This document shows, one piece after another, positions 1 to 6,428 of a stretch of DNA of 8,235 nucleotides. Origin of the DNA: a virus. Lineage: Duplodnaviria; Heunggongvirae; Uroviricota; Caudoviricetes. How positions within the stretch are numbered: the first letter of the stretch is position 1; each line of letters starts with the position of its first letter. The translations under genes and the position numbers were made by a program. The stretch lies in IMG/VR virus record IMGVR_UViG_2778261058_000004, positions 1-8,235 of that record; one strand, 5' to 3'. Below the pieces are notes generated by a model. The model was not told the origin of the DNA, searched no databases, and worked only from the letters and a program-made list of their open reading frames with translations.

Positions 1-277
1 ACCCGGTGTTATCTCGAGGAAAGGATAGCCTCGCCATACTTACCGCCGCGCCATTCCGCGGATTGCCACAACCGGAAGCGTACGGTCGAATTAAATTTAA
101 CGACAAGCCTCATAGGTGAAGGCCTTCGCCGTACGCTTTCGTGTTATGCCCTGACTTTTCAGGGATATATCCTTTCAGTAAACTGTCAGTGCCGGATTCT
201 TATCCGTGTCCGGCGCACGACAACACGCTGTCACGTGTGGTCTCCATTCTCAACCAGTAACCTCAATGGAGGATAAA

Positions 278-616
278 ATGCCAAACAAGCCAATACATCC
301 GCTTATTGAAAAACAGATTGAATGCCTGGTTAATCAACTCAGGCAATCAGGGTTATTAAAAACTCATTCAGAGCCAGGGCTCACAGAATCGGCATTCGAC
401 GATAAATTAAATAATGCGCTTTATAATGGCATCATTGATTACAATCGTGGTGCTGGTCGCCGTGGACTGCTGGCACCGTCCTGTAATTCCAGTCAATCCA
501 GAGCGGATAGTGTTCAGCATAAATATAGTTATACACATCCAGGTTGTATTTGCGGTCTGTCCTTAGCAGGTCGCAAATACACGCCGCAGCTTCCAGGGCA
601 GCAGCTTTGTTGCTGA
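278..616 (+). CDS. Questionable ORF (113 aa from ATG 278); its 3' half overlaps the convergent 232-aa gene antisense
   Basis: GGAGG at 268-272 sits 5 nt before ATG 278. The N-terminal 50 residues look protein-like (MPNKPIHPLIEKQIECLVNQLRQSGLLKTHSEPGLTESAFDDKLNNALYNG) and use common E. coli codons, but the C-terminal half is Cys/Ser/Gly/Pro/Arg-rich and overlaps 432..616 of the minus-strand gene. The track ORF starts at GTG 206. Confidence 0.25.
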   Translation: MPNKPIHPLIEKQIECLVNQLRQSGLLKTHSEPGLTESAFDDKLNNALYNGIIDYNRGAGRRGLLAPSCNSSQSRADSVQHKYSYTHPGCICGLSLAGRKYTPQLPGQQLCC

Positions 617-1130
617 ATAACCATGTGGCAACATTCCGCTCCAACGCTCCTGCGGGACCAGATACCACGAAGGAGCCGTTGGTGTTGCCATCAAATACAT
701 CCATTTCCAGATTTTTACGTAATGCCTGGTGAATTCTTGCCAGATATTCAGTCGGAATTTCGCCACGAATTCGGATAAGGTTGTCATAAACAAACATGTT
801 CCCCGCATACGCATATGGCGATTTTTCTTTCTTGCTTTTTAAACCAGCATCATGAGCAAGCTGATCAATTTCTTCTTCCGTTGGTTTCGTATTGATGTTT
901 TGCACTGTCGCTTCTGCAATTTTCTTTGCCGAATTCTCTTCGTAACCATTGTTCGGGACTGAGTTAGAATACAGTCCGGTAAAAGAATTGCGGACATTAT
1001 TTGATAAATTTCTGATGAACACCTTATCTACTAAGATCATTGGGTTCCGCGCCAGTTGCGAGCGAATCACATCAGCGGCCATTTCCTGTATTGGTAGTGG
1101 TAAATCTTTAAATTCCATCGTCAGCCTCAT
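432..1130 (-). CDS. Hypothetical protein, 232 aa, unrecognised family; second gene of the leftward early operon
   Basis: Long minus-strand ORF. Its ATG at 1130 overlaps the TGA stop of the upstream 50-aa gene (TGATG, translational coupling). A second in-frame ATG at 1118 has GAGG 7 nt upstream. No motif recognised by eye. Confidence 0.6.
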   Translation of the reverse strand: MRLTMEFKDLPLPIQEMAADVIRSQLARNPMILVDKVFIRNLSNNVRNSFTGLYSNSVPNNGYEENSAKKIAEATVQNINTKPTEEEIDQLAHDAGLKSKKEKSPYAYAGNMFVYDNLIRIRGEIPTEYLARIHQALRKNLEMDVFDGNTNGSFVVSGPAGALERNVATWLFSNKAAALEAAACICDLLRTDRKYNLDVYNYIYAEHYPLWIDWNYRTVPAVHGDQHHDCNQ

Positions 1131-1282
1131 CAGTCAGTGTTTCTTGCTAACCAGCGACGCGCGCCAGATTCGGTTTTAAACGTTTTGCTTTTGGTATACG
1201 TCATCGCGGTGAACGTGCCGTCCTGGTTTGGGAACACGCCGTATACCAGAGATTCGTTGTTGCCAAGATCGATAGTATCCAT
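1130..1282 (-). CDS. Small protein, 50 aa, first gene of the leftward operon; possibly DUF1391 (YdfA/YdaF-like), family assignment from memory only
   Basis: ATG at 1282 is preceded by GAGGT about 5 nt upstream (minus sense aaatGAGGTcaacATG). Product MDTIDLGNNESLVYGVFPNQDGTFTAMTYTKSKTFKTESGARRWLARNTD. The track ORF (68 aa from 1336) has no Shine-Dalgarno (SD) sequence. Being first after the operator/promoter matches the position of ydfA in the Qin dicB operon. Confidence 0.5.
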   Translation of the reverse strand: MDTIDLGNNESLVYGVFPNQDGTFTAMTYTKSKTFKTESGARRWLARNTD

Positions 1283-1459
1283 GTTGACCTCATTTCCCCT
1301 TAACGCCGGGGTAGCGGAACAAAAAACCTGCTGCATAGTTAAAGTTGAACCCTGCCGTCATGTTCTTACGCCTCGGGCTGGCTACTTAACCCCTGACCAC
1401 TGCCTGGTAACTCGAAGTATTGCCCTGCGTTCTGTGGGGCGGGGTGGGGTGGTGGAAAT

Positions 1460-1489
1460 AATCTACAATTAAAAACTGTTTTGTGTCAA
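1460..1489 (-). promoter_or_regulatory. Putative sigma70 promoter for the leftward operon (pL-like): -35 TTGACA, 18-bp spacer, -10 TAGATT
   Basis: Minus strand reads TTGACA (plus 1484-1489), 18 nt, TAGATT (plus 1460-1465). The -35 lies inside the palindromic operator-like site. The predicted leader to ATG 1282 is about 170 nt. Confidence 0.45.
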
Positions 1490-1501
1490 CAGTTTTTAAT
1501 T
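1467..1501. promoter_or_regulatory. Operator-like perfect inverted repeat (OL-like): AATTAAAAACTGTT-N7-AACAGTTTTTAATT, core AAAAACTGT-N9-ACAGTTTTT
   Basis: 14-bp perfect arms read directly from the sequence. The same 9-bp half-site and 9-bp spacing recur at 2506-2532 in the repressor/cro intergenic region. Confidence 0.5.
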
Positions 1502-1513
1502 GTTGGGGTGGGT

Positions 1514-1538
1514 AAAAAAACTCCCTCGAATGAGGGAG
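1514..1538 (-). terminator. Rho-independent terminator of the repressor-antitoxin-toxin operon
   Basis: Minus strand carries stem CTCCCTC, loop ATTC, stem GAGGGAG, then a run of 7 T, starting about 18 nt after the toxin stop codon at 1556-1558. Confidence 0.65.
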
Positions 1539-1555
1539 TATGAAAATTGTTCAGT

Positions 1556-1843
1556 TCAGATAGGGAAGGGAAATTGTCGGCGGGCATGCACAATATTTGC
1601 AATTTCAATGCTTGAAGCTGCTACTCGGTACAAAACGATATAATTAGGGTGAACCACAATTTCCCGCAAACCGGATACTCGATCACTTGGCGGATATAGA
1701 TATGGATGCTCGGAGAGGGCTAAAACAGACGTTTCAATACGTATTTTTAGTCTGCGTGCTGCAGGAATATTTTCCTTAGCAATATAGGCTACGATCTGAC
1801 GCAAATCATCGCGAGCAGATGGTAGCCATAAAATGGGTAACAT
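1556..1843 (-). CDS. parE2: ParE/RelE-superfamily toxin, 95 aa (ParE2-like)
   Basis: Size and sequence pattern typical of ParE toxins (…LYRV…IEIANIVHARR…). Its ATG overlaps the stop of the upstream 63-aa gene. Third gene of a repressor/antitoxin/toxin operon, as in the paaR2-paaA2-parE2 locus of E. coli O157 prophages (from memory). Confidence 0.8.
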   Translation of the reverse strand: MLPILWLPSARDDLRQIVAYIAKENIPAARRLKIRIETSVLALSEHPYLYPPSDRVSGLREIVVHPNYIVLYRVAASSIEIANIVHARRQFPFPI

Positions 1844-2034
1844 TACTCGCTCCTGTTAGTTACAGCAATTTGAGCAATAAGATTTTCTATTTCAGCCATT
1901 ACCTCGTCATGTGGAATTGAGGGACGAGGGTCTGCAAGGCTTGACGCCACTTTAGCGCGCAACCATTCGTTGTAACTGTTTTCTTGTTCGGTAGTTTCGA
2001 ATTCTGAAACTATCGGAGAAAGGGCTGTACTCAT
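1843..2034 (-). CDS. paaA2: Small antitoxin, 63 aa (PaaA2-like, no DNA-binding domain)
   Basis: GAGGAG sits about 6 nt before ATG 2034. Acidic 63-aa product MSTALSPIVSEFETTEQENSYNEWLRAKV… immediately upstream of, and coupled to, the ParE-like toxin. Confidence 0.7.
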   Translation of the reverse strand: MSTALSPIVSEFETTEQENSYNEWLRAKVASSLADPRPSIPHDEVMAEIENLIAQIAVTNRSE

Positions 2035-2061
2035 GGCATAACTCCTCTTCTTGTACAGTGG

Positions 2062-2463
2062 TCACGCCCGGCGGCTTTTTTGTGCCGCCAACCACCGGGC
2101 AATGGTTTCTTCCATTGATTTTTTCTTGTCTTTGATTTCTTGAAGCATTTTTTCTTGGTCTTCCTCTGGAAACGCACTAAAAGCCTGGAGCAGTTCGCGT
2201 TGGCGAGGACCAATTTTCATCGTGTCAGGGGTGAAAATTTGCTCCCCCTCTTCAGGAGGCAATAAAAACCAATGCAATGGATGCCCTGTAACCTCAACCA
2301 GTTTATCCAAACTTGAGGCTTTAGGTGTAGCCTTACCGCTGACCCATTGTTGAACAGTTTGTTGTGTCACACCAATTCTACGGGCCAGCTCAGCCTGGCT
2401 CCATCCAGTTTCCTGAAGAAGCTTGCTGATTCTGTACATAGATACTTCTAGAGCGTTCATCAT
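2062..2463 (-). CDS. paaR2: DicA/PaaR2-like HTH (XRE-family) repressor, 133 aa; likely the prophage cI-equivalent and TA operon regulator
   Basis: N-terminal helix-turn-helix (WSQAELARRIGVTQQTVQQWVSG) and a C-terminal helical segment (RQRELLQAFSAFPEEDQEKM) resembling DicA architecture, with no S24 peptidase domain. Divergent from the cro-like gene. The first ATG has no SD and lies 7 nt after a TAAAAT -10 (possibly leaderless); ATG 2439 is an alternative start. Confidence 0.8.
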   Translation of the reverse strand: MMNALEVSMYRISKLLQETGWSQAELARRIGVTQQTVQQWVSGKATPKASSLDKLVEVTGHPLHWFLLPPEEGEQIFTPDTMKIGPRQRELLQAFSAFPEEDQEKMLQEIKDKKKSMEETIARWLAAQKSRRA

Positions 2464-2500
2464 TATTCAATTTTACAGGTAAATACTGTTAAAAGCATCA

Positions 2501-2537
2501 CAATAAAAAACTGTTGATCGCGTACAGTTTTTTATTG
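2501..2537. promoter_or_regulatory. Operator-like perfect inverted repeat (OR-like): CAATAAAAAACTGT-N9-ACAGTTTTTTATTG
   Basis: 14-bp perfect arms between the divergent repressor and cro-like genes, sharing the AAAAACTGT-N9-ACAGTTTTT core with 1471-1497. An extra half-site-like ACTGTT lies at 2485-2490. Confidence 0.5.
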
Positions 2538-2572
2538 TAGGCTTTGCCTGTAGTTTTTTAGAGGAGGGCAAA

Positions 2573-2845
2573 ATGCTAGATAGCACTCGCGAAAAAATTA
2601 GGCAGAAATACACTCAAGCTGAAATAGGTCGTTATATGGGGGTCGCTCAACAGACTGTTTGGCAATGGTTTAGCTTTGGTGTTCCCCCAAAGCAGGTAAT
2701 TCCGTTATGTCAGCTAATGAAGTGGGAAGTTACCCCGCATGAAATTCGCCCTGATATTTATCCTAACCCAACCGACGGGCTGCCTTGTGGAAATAAGTGT
2801 ATGGCGAATGAATCTCTGGCGGTGAACAATGAAAATCACCCCTGA
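2573..2845 (+). CDS. ydaS: Cro/YdaS-like small HTH regulator, 90 aa
   Basis: Strong SD GAGGAGGG at 2561-2568. HTH-like segment (IGRYMGVAQQTVWQWFSFG). Divergent from the repressor and followed by the YdaT-like gene, as in Rac and CP-933P (from memory). Confidence 0.75.
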   Translation: MLDSTREKIRQKYTQAEIGRYMGVAQQTVWQWFSFGVPPKQVIPLCQLMKWEVTPHEIRPDIYPNPTDGLPCGNKCMANESLAVNNENHP

Positions 2846-3350
2846 ACAGGTTCGTGAGGCTCTGGATGCTTGGGTATGCAGACCAGGAATGACACAGGAA
2901 CAGGCGACGATATTAATCACAGAAGCCTTCTGGGCCCTGAAAGAACGCCCGAACATCGATGTTCAACGTGTCACGTTTGATGATGGCGCGGTTGAGCAAC
3001 GGGCGCTTGGCGTTAACCGGGTGAAGATATTCGAACGCTGGAAAGCGATCGACACCAGGGATAAGCGGGAAAAATTCACGGCGTTGATTCCGGCAATCAT
3101 GGAGGCTATCCGGATAAGTGATTTCAGGTTGTATTGTGAAATTACTGATGGAAAAAGCATTACGTACATGCTCGCCGGGTTAAATAAAGAATATGGCGAT
3201 GTGGTGGAGTCCGGTCTGCTTTTGGCAGATCCCGCTGTTGTGGAGCGCGAGACTGACGAGCTTATAGAAAAAGCTATTGCTTTCAAGCATGCGTATCGTC
3301 AGCAATATCAACAAAAAGCCGGATGGAATTATGAGTCTTCTTTTTGCTGA
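2829..3350 (+). CDS. ydaT: YdaT-like protein, 173 aa (CII-equivalent position)
   Basis: Overlaps the cro-like gene by 17 nt. Synteny cro-like / this gene / replication initiator; the KREKFTALIPAIMEAI segment recalls Rac YdaT. Assignment is from memory. Confidence 0.7.
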   Translation: MKITPEQVREALDAWVCRPGMTQEQATILITEAFWALKERPNIDVQRVTFDDGAVEQRALGVNRVKIFERWKAIDTRDKREKFTALIPAIMEAIRISDFRLYCEITDGKSITYMLAGLNKEYGDVVESGLLLADPAVVERETDELIEKAIAFKHAYRQQYQQKAGWNYESSFC

Positions 3351-4296
3351 ACGCCCACTGGTTATTAACACTCAGCTGGCGATGAAAATAGGTCTGAACG
3401 AAGCCATTGTGTTACAGCAGCTGCATTACTGGTTGAGAGATACCGGTTCCGGCATGGAATGTGATGGTGTTCGCTGGATTTATAACACAACAGAACAATG
3501 GCTGGAACAGTTCCCGTTCTGGTCAGAGTCAACGTTAAAACGCGCATTTGCAAGTCTGAAAACGCTGGGGCTTTTGCGTTGCGAAAAGCTCAACAAATCA
3601 AAGCGTGATATGACTAATTTTTACACGATTAATTACGAGAGCGAGCTTTTAGATGGTGGCAAAGTGAGCGAATCCATCAGGTCAAAATGCGCCGCTCCAT
3701 CAGGTCAAAATGACACGATGGAAGAGGCCAAAATGGCACGCTCCATTGGTTCAAAACGACCCAATGTCATCGGGTCAAAATGGCCTGATGATCTTACAGA
3801 GAATACAACAGAGATTACTACAGAGAATAAAAACACTTCTCGTCCGGAAGCTTCGCAACCGGACATGCAGACGGCTGAACAGGATTTTTTAAACCGACAT
3901 CCTGACGCGGTTGTGTTCAGTGCGAAAAAACGCCAGTGGGGCAGCCAGGAAGATTTGGCGTGTGCGCAGTGGATCTGGGGACGAATCGTGAGTCTTTACG
4001 AGCAGGCTGCCAGCGATGATGGCGAAATCATGCGACCGAAAGAACCAAACTGGACTGCATGGGCCAATGATGTGCGCACAATGCGGATGCTGGATGGCAG
4101 AACTCACAGACAAATTTGCGAAATGTTTGGTCGGGCACAGCGGGATCCATTCTGGGTAAAAAACGTCATGAGCCCGTCAAAGCTTCGCGAAAAATGGGAT
4201 GAGCTGGTTATTCGTCTGGGGCGTTCGCCTGTACAGCGTTGTGTAAATCATATTTCTGAACCGGACACCGAAATTCCGCCGGGATTCAGGGGGTAA
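3331..4296 (+). CDS. Replication initiator (lambda O-like / YdaU-like), about 321 aa from ATG 3331
   Basis: Position between the CII-like and DnaC-like genes, and an iteron array plus AT-rich tract inside the coding sequence. The start is uncertain: the track ORF begins at TTG 3277 and ATG 3289 is also in frame; 3331 was chosen for the MSLLFAERPLV N-terminus. Confidence 0.75.
   Translation: MSLLFAERPLVINTQLAMKIGLNEAIVLQQLHYWLRDTGSGMECDGVRWIYNTTEQWLEQFPFWSESTLKRAFASLKTLGLLRCEKLNKSKRDMTNFYTINYESELLDGGKVSESIRSKCAAPSGQNDTMEEAKMARSIGSKRPNVIGSKWPDDLTENTTEITTENKNTSRPEASQPDMQTAEQDFLNRHPDAVVFSAKKRQWGSQEDLACAQWIWGRIVSLYEQAASDDGEIMRPKEPNWTAWANDVRTMRMLDGRTHRQICEMFGRAQRDPFWVKNVMSPSKLREKWDELVIRLGRSPVQRCVNHISEPDTEIPPGFRG
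3673..3835. repeat. Putative origin of replication: 4-5 iterons (consensus near TCCATCAGGTCAAAATG) at 23-bp periodicity, then an AT-rich tract with ACAGAGA(A/T)TA repeats
   Basis: Copies at 3673-3689 and 3696-3712 are identical; degenerate copies at about 3719-3735, 3742-3758 and 3767-3783. The AT-rich segment at about 3790-3835 has three ACAGAGAATA/ACAGAGATTA repeats. Confidence 0.6.
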
Positions 4297-4302
4297 CGAA
4301 GC

Positions 4303-5049
4303 ATGAAAAATATTGCGACAGGCGGTGTTCTTGAACGCATCCGTAAGCTGGCTCCGCAGCATGTAACCGCGCCATACCGAACAGTGGACGAGTGGCGCGA
4401 GTGGCAACTTGCAGAAGGCCAGAAGCGTTGCGAGGAGATCAACCGCCAGAATCGTCAGTTGTGGGTGGAAAAAATTCTGAATCGCTCCGGCATCCAGCCG
4501 TTGCACCGCAAGTGCTCGTTTGCGAATTACCAGGTGCAGAATGACGGCCAGCGATACGCGTTGAGCCAGGCGAAATCCATCGCCGATGAACTGATGTCCG
4601 GATGCACAAATTTCGCATTCAGCGGAAAACCTGGTACCGGGAAAAACCACTTAGCGGCGGCTATCGGGAATCGCCTGCTGAAAGATGGCCAGACAGTGAT
4701 TGTGGTTACCGTGGCTGATGTTATGAGTGCTCTACACGCCAGCTATGACGACGGGCAATCAGGCGAAAAATTTTTGCGGGAACTGTGCGAAGTGGATCTG
4801 CTGGTTCTTGATGAAATTGGCATTCAGCGCGAGACGAAAAACGAGCAGGTGGTACTGCACCAGATTGTTGATCGCCGGACAGCGTCGATGCGCAGCGTGG
4901 GAATGTTGACAAACTTGAACTATGAGGCCATGAAAACGCTGCTCGGCGAGCGGATTATGGATCGCATGACCATGAACGGCGGGCGATGGGTGAGTTTTAA
5001 CTGGGAGAGCTGGCGTTCAAATGTCAGCTATTTGAGGGTTGTTAAGTAA
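4303..5049 (+). CDS. DnaC-like helicase loader (AAA+ ATPase; YdaV-like), 248 aa
   Basis: Walker A FSGKPGTGKNHLAAAIG and Walker B DLLVLDEIG. Similar to E. coli DnaC along the whole length (SGIQPLHRKCSFANY…, MLTNLNYEAMKTLLGERIMDRM…). Confidence 0.9.
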   Translation: MKNIATGGVLERIRKLAPQHVTAPYRTVDEWREWQLAEGQKRCEEINRQNRQLWVEKILNRSGIQPLHRKCSFANYQVQNDGQRYALSQAKSIADELMSGCTNFAFSGKPGTGKNHLAAAIGNRLLKDGQTVIVVTVADVMSALHASYDDGQSGEKFLRELCEVDLLVLDEIGIQRETKNEQVVLHQIVDRRTASMRSVGMLTNLNYEAMKTLLGERIMDRMTMNGGRWVSFNWESWRSNVSYLRVVK

Positions 5050-5063
5050 TTTCATGAGGGCTT

Positions 5064-5459
5064 ATGGCAAAACCTTTTACACCCGAACAGCGGGAAGAGC
5101 TGAAGGCACGAATTATCGGGTTGGTACGCAAAAATGGACGCATGACGATGTCGCAACTGGAGAGAGCGACGGGAGCTGGCTGGCATTCGGTCCGACGCAG
5201 CCTTGTGGATGTACTGGCTTGTGGTGATTTATACATGTCCGGGGAATACGGTGTTTTTGCATCAGAGCAGGCGTATCGTGAATGGCGTAAGACACCGGAG
5301 AAAACAACTGACCAGACACTGATTCGAAAGTTACCAGACGGAGAAATACGCCGCTACGACAGACACCTGAACATAATCTGTCGCGAGTGCCGGAAGAGTG
5401 AGGTTATGCAGCGAGTGTTGGCGTTTTATCAGGGTAATTTTCAGGAGGTGATGGCGTGA
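5064..5459 (+). CDS. Hypothetical phage protein, 131 aa, possible winged-helix DNA-binding fold
   Basis: ATG 5064 follows GAGGG. Protein-like composition. Its stop TGA at 5457-5459 overlaps GTG 5456 of the next gene. Confidence 0.6.
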   Translation: MAKPFTPEQREELKARIIGLVRKNGRMTMSQLERATGAGWHSVRRSLVDVLACGDLYMSGEYGVFASEQAYREWRKTPEKTTDQTLIRKLPDGEIRRYDRHLNIICRECRKSEVMQRVLAFYQGNFQEVMA

Positions 5460-5755
5460 GGGTGAGAGTTTATATTGCCGGTCCAATGACCGGGTATAAA
5501 AATTTCAACCGTGAGGCGTTCCACAATGCGGAAGAGGAACTGAAACGGGAAGGGCATACAGTCTTAAACCCGGCAGTACTTCCGGACGGGCTGACACAGC
5601 CACACTACATGGATATTTGCATGGCAATGATTCGTTGTGTGGATGCGATTTACATGCTGAAAGGCTGGCAGCGGTCGGCAGGCGCTAAGGCAGAGCTGGC
5701 GCTGGCGGAGAAGCTGGGGCATGCAGTTATTTTCCAGGAGGCAAACAGTGAATAA
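5456..5755 (+). CDS. DUF4406-like protein (nucleoside 2-deoxyribosyltransferase-like fold), 99 aa
   Basis: AGGAGG at 5443-5448 sits 7 nt before GTG 5456. N-terminal VYIAGPMTG…FN…F motif and conserved GW…S.GA.AE segment, as recalled for DUF4406. Confidence 0.65.
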   Translation: MRVRVYIAGPMTGYKNFNREAFHNAEEELKREGHTVLNPAVLPDGLTQPHYMDICMAMIRCVDAIYMLKGWQRSAGAKAELALAEKLGHAVIFQEANSE

Positions 5756-6428
5756 CCAATGGCGACCAGATGTTTGCCCTATAACCGGACGTGCATTTTT
5801 CATGTGGATTGAGCATCCGAAATTGGGCAATGTGCCGACGTATGGCGGCCCATTAGACAGTTACACCATTCCAACAAGGGACAGCGATGGTGAGTTTTCG
5901 TGTGAGCGTTACGATCATGATTTCGGTGGCTGGGTAGAAAGCGAATGTCTTGGGTTATATCTGATTGATGATAAAGAACAATGCAGAGTCTACGAACTGG
6001 AGGAACGCATTGCAGAGCTGGAGACTAATCTTGCTGCACTTGCGGCGGAGAATGCGGGGCTGAATAAATTTATCGCACAGAGTTGCTACGTGTTTGATGG
6101 CGAGCAGGATGAACTATCTGATGCGTATATCTGCGCAATAGACGGAAGGATGCCGCAAACCCCAGCCACCGATGCTTTCCTGGCTGAAGTACGTGCGGAA
6201 GCACGCAACGAGGGGATTAACTATACCGCCAGCCGTCTTGCTGCTGCGTTCAATCACGGATTTATCAATAAGTCTTTACGTGAAGTTTTCGACGTTACGC
6301 GCATGATTCTGTCAGCGAAAGAAGAGTTGGCTAATGAACCGCACCCGATTGATGGTCTGTCCGGTGAATATGCGGAGAAATCCCTTGAAGAATGGGCGGA
6401 ACAGATTCGCAAAGGAGACAACCAGTGA
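5748..6428 (+). CDS. Hypothetical phage protein, about 226 aa, with a central coiled-coil; Ea22-like is a guess only
   Basis: AGGAGG at 5736-5741 sits 6 nt before in-frame GTG 5748, which overlaps the end of the DUF4406 gene. Heptad-like segment ELEERIAELETNLAALAAENAGLNKF. The track start ATG 5721 is an alternative. Confidence 0.55.
   Translation: MNNQWRPDVCPITGRAFFMWIEHPKLGNVPTYGGPLDSYTIPTRDSDGEFSCERYDHDFGGWVESECLGLYLIDDKEQCRVYELEERIAELETNLAALAAENAGLNKFIAQSCYVFDGEQDELSDAYICAIDGRMPQTPATDAFLAEVRAEARNEGINYTASRLAAAFNHGFINKSLREVFDVTRMILSAKEELANEPHPIDGLSGEYAEKSLEEWAEQIRKGDNQ

Noticed and set aside
1-37. Possible minus-strand gene starting at ATG 37 and running off the left edge (MARLSFPRDNTG…), and an open plus-strand frame 1..273
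   Set aside because: Only 12 codons of the minus-strand candidate are visible and its SD is weak. The plus frame translates to Cys/Arg-rich, non-protein-like sequence. Neither can be supported from this window.
150-166. CCCTGA-aaag-TCAGGG hairpin on the minus strand as a boxB/nut-like element or terminator
   Set aside because: It lies downstream of the leftward genes, not between promoter and first gene. The loop is not the GAAAA type of boxB, and no U-run follows, so it is not a terminator.
544-1472. Track ORFs 544..732(+), 563..814(-), 949..1179(+) and 1137..1472(+)
   Set aside because: They lie inside or antisense to the 232-aa and 50-aa genes or across the leftward leader. They have no SD and a biased, non-protein-like composition, so they are most likely shadow ORFs.
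1467-1501. The AT-rich palindrome at 1467-1501 as an intrinsic terminator
   Set aside because: The stem is almost entirely A/T and the same half-site recurs in the repressor/cro intergenic region, so an operator reading fits better. The real terminator of the TA operon is the GC-rich hairpin plus T-run at 1514-1538.
2031-2213. 60-aa ORF 2031..2213(-), Lys/Arg-rich
   Set aside because: It is an alternative frame of the repressor gene's 3' end with low-complexity basic sequence; the in-frame repressor ORF explains the region.
1471-2532. The CTGT…ACAG palindromes as LexA (SOS) boxes
   Set aside because: The spacing is CTGT-N9-ACAG, not the canonical CTGT-N8-ACAG, and the flanking A/T runs are identical between the two sites, which argues for a phage-repressor operator.
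2714-5830. Track ORFs 2714..2956, 2963..3286, 3180..3371, 3365..3553, 3889..4113, 4177..4650, 4248..4442, 4721..4912, 5042..5236, 5113..5319 and 5564..5830 (minus strand), and 3710..3892, 4727..4909 and 5039..5227 (plus strand)
   Set aside because: Minus-strand or off-frame ORFs inside the well-supported plus-strand genes (cro-like, YdaT-like, O-like, DnaC-like, 131-aa, DUF4406-like). Their composition is typical of antisense frames.
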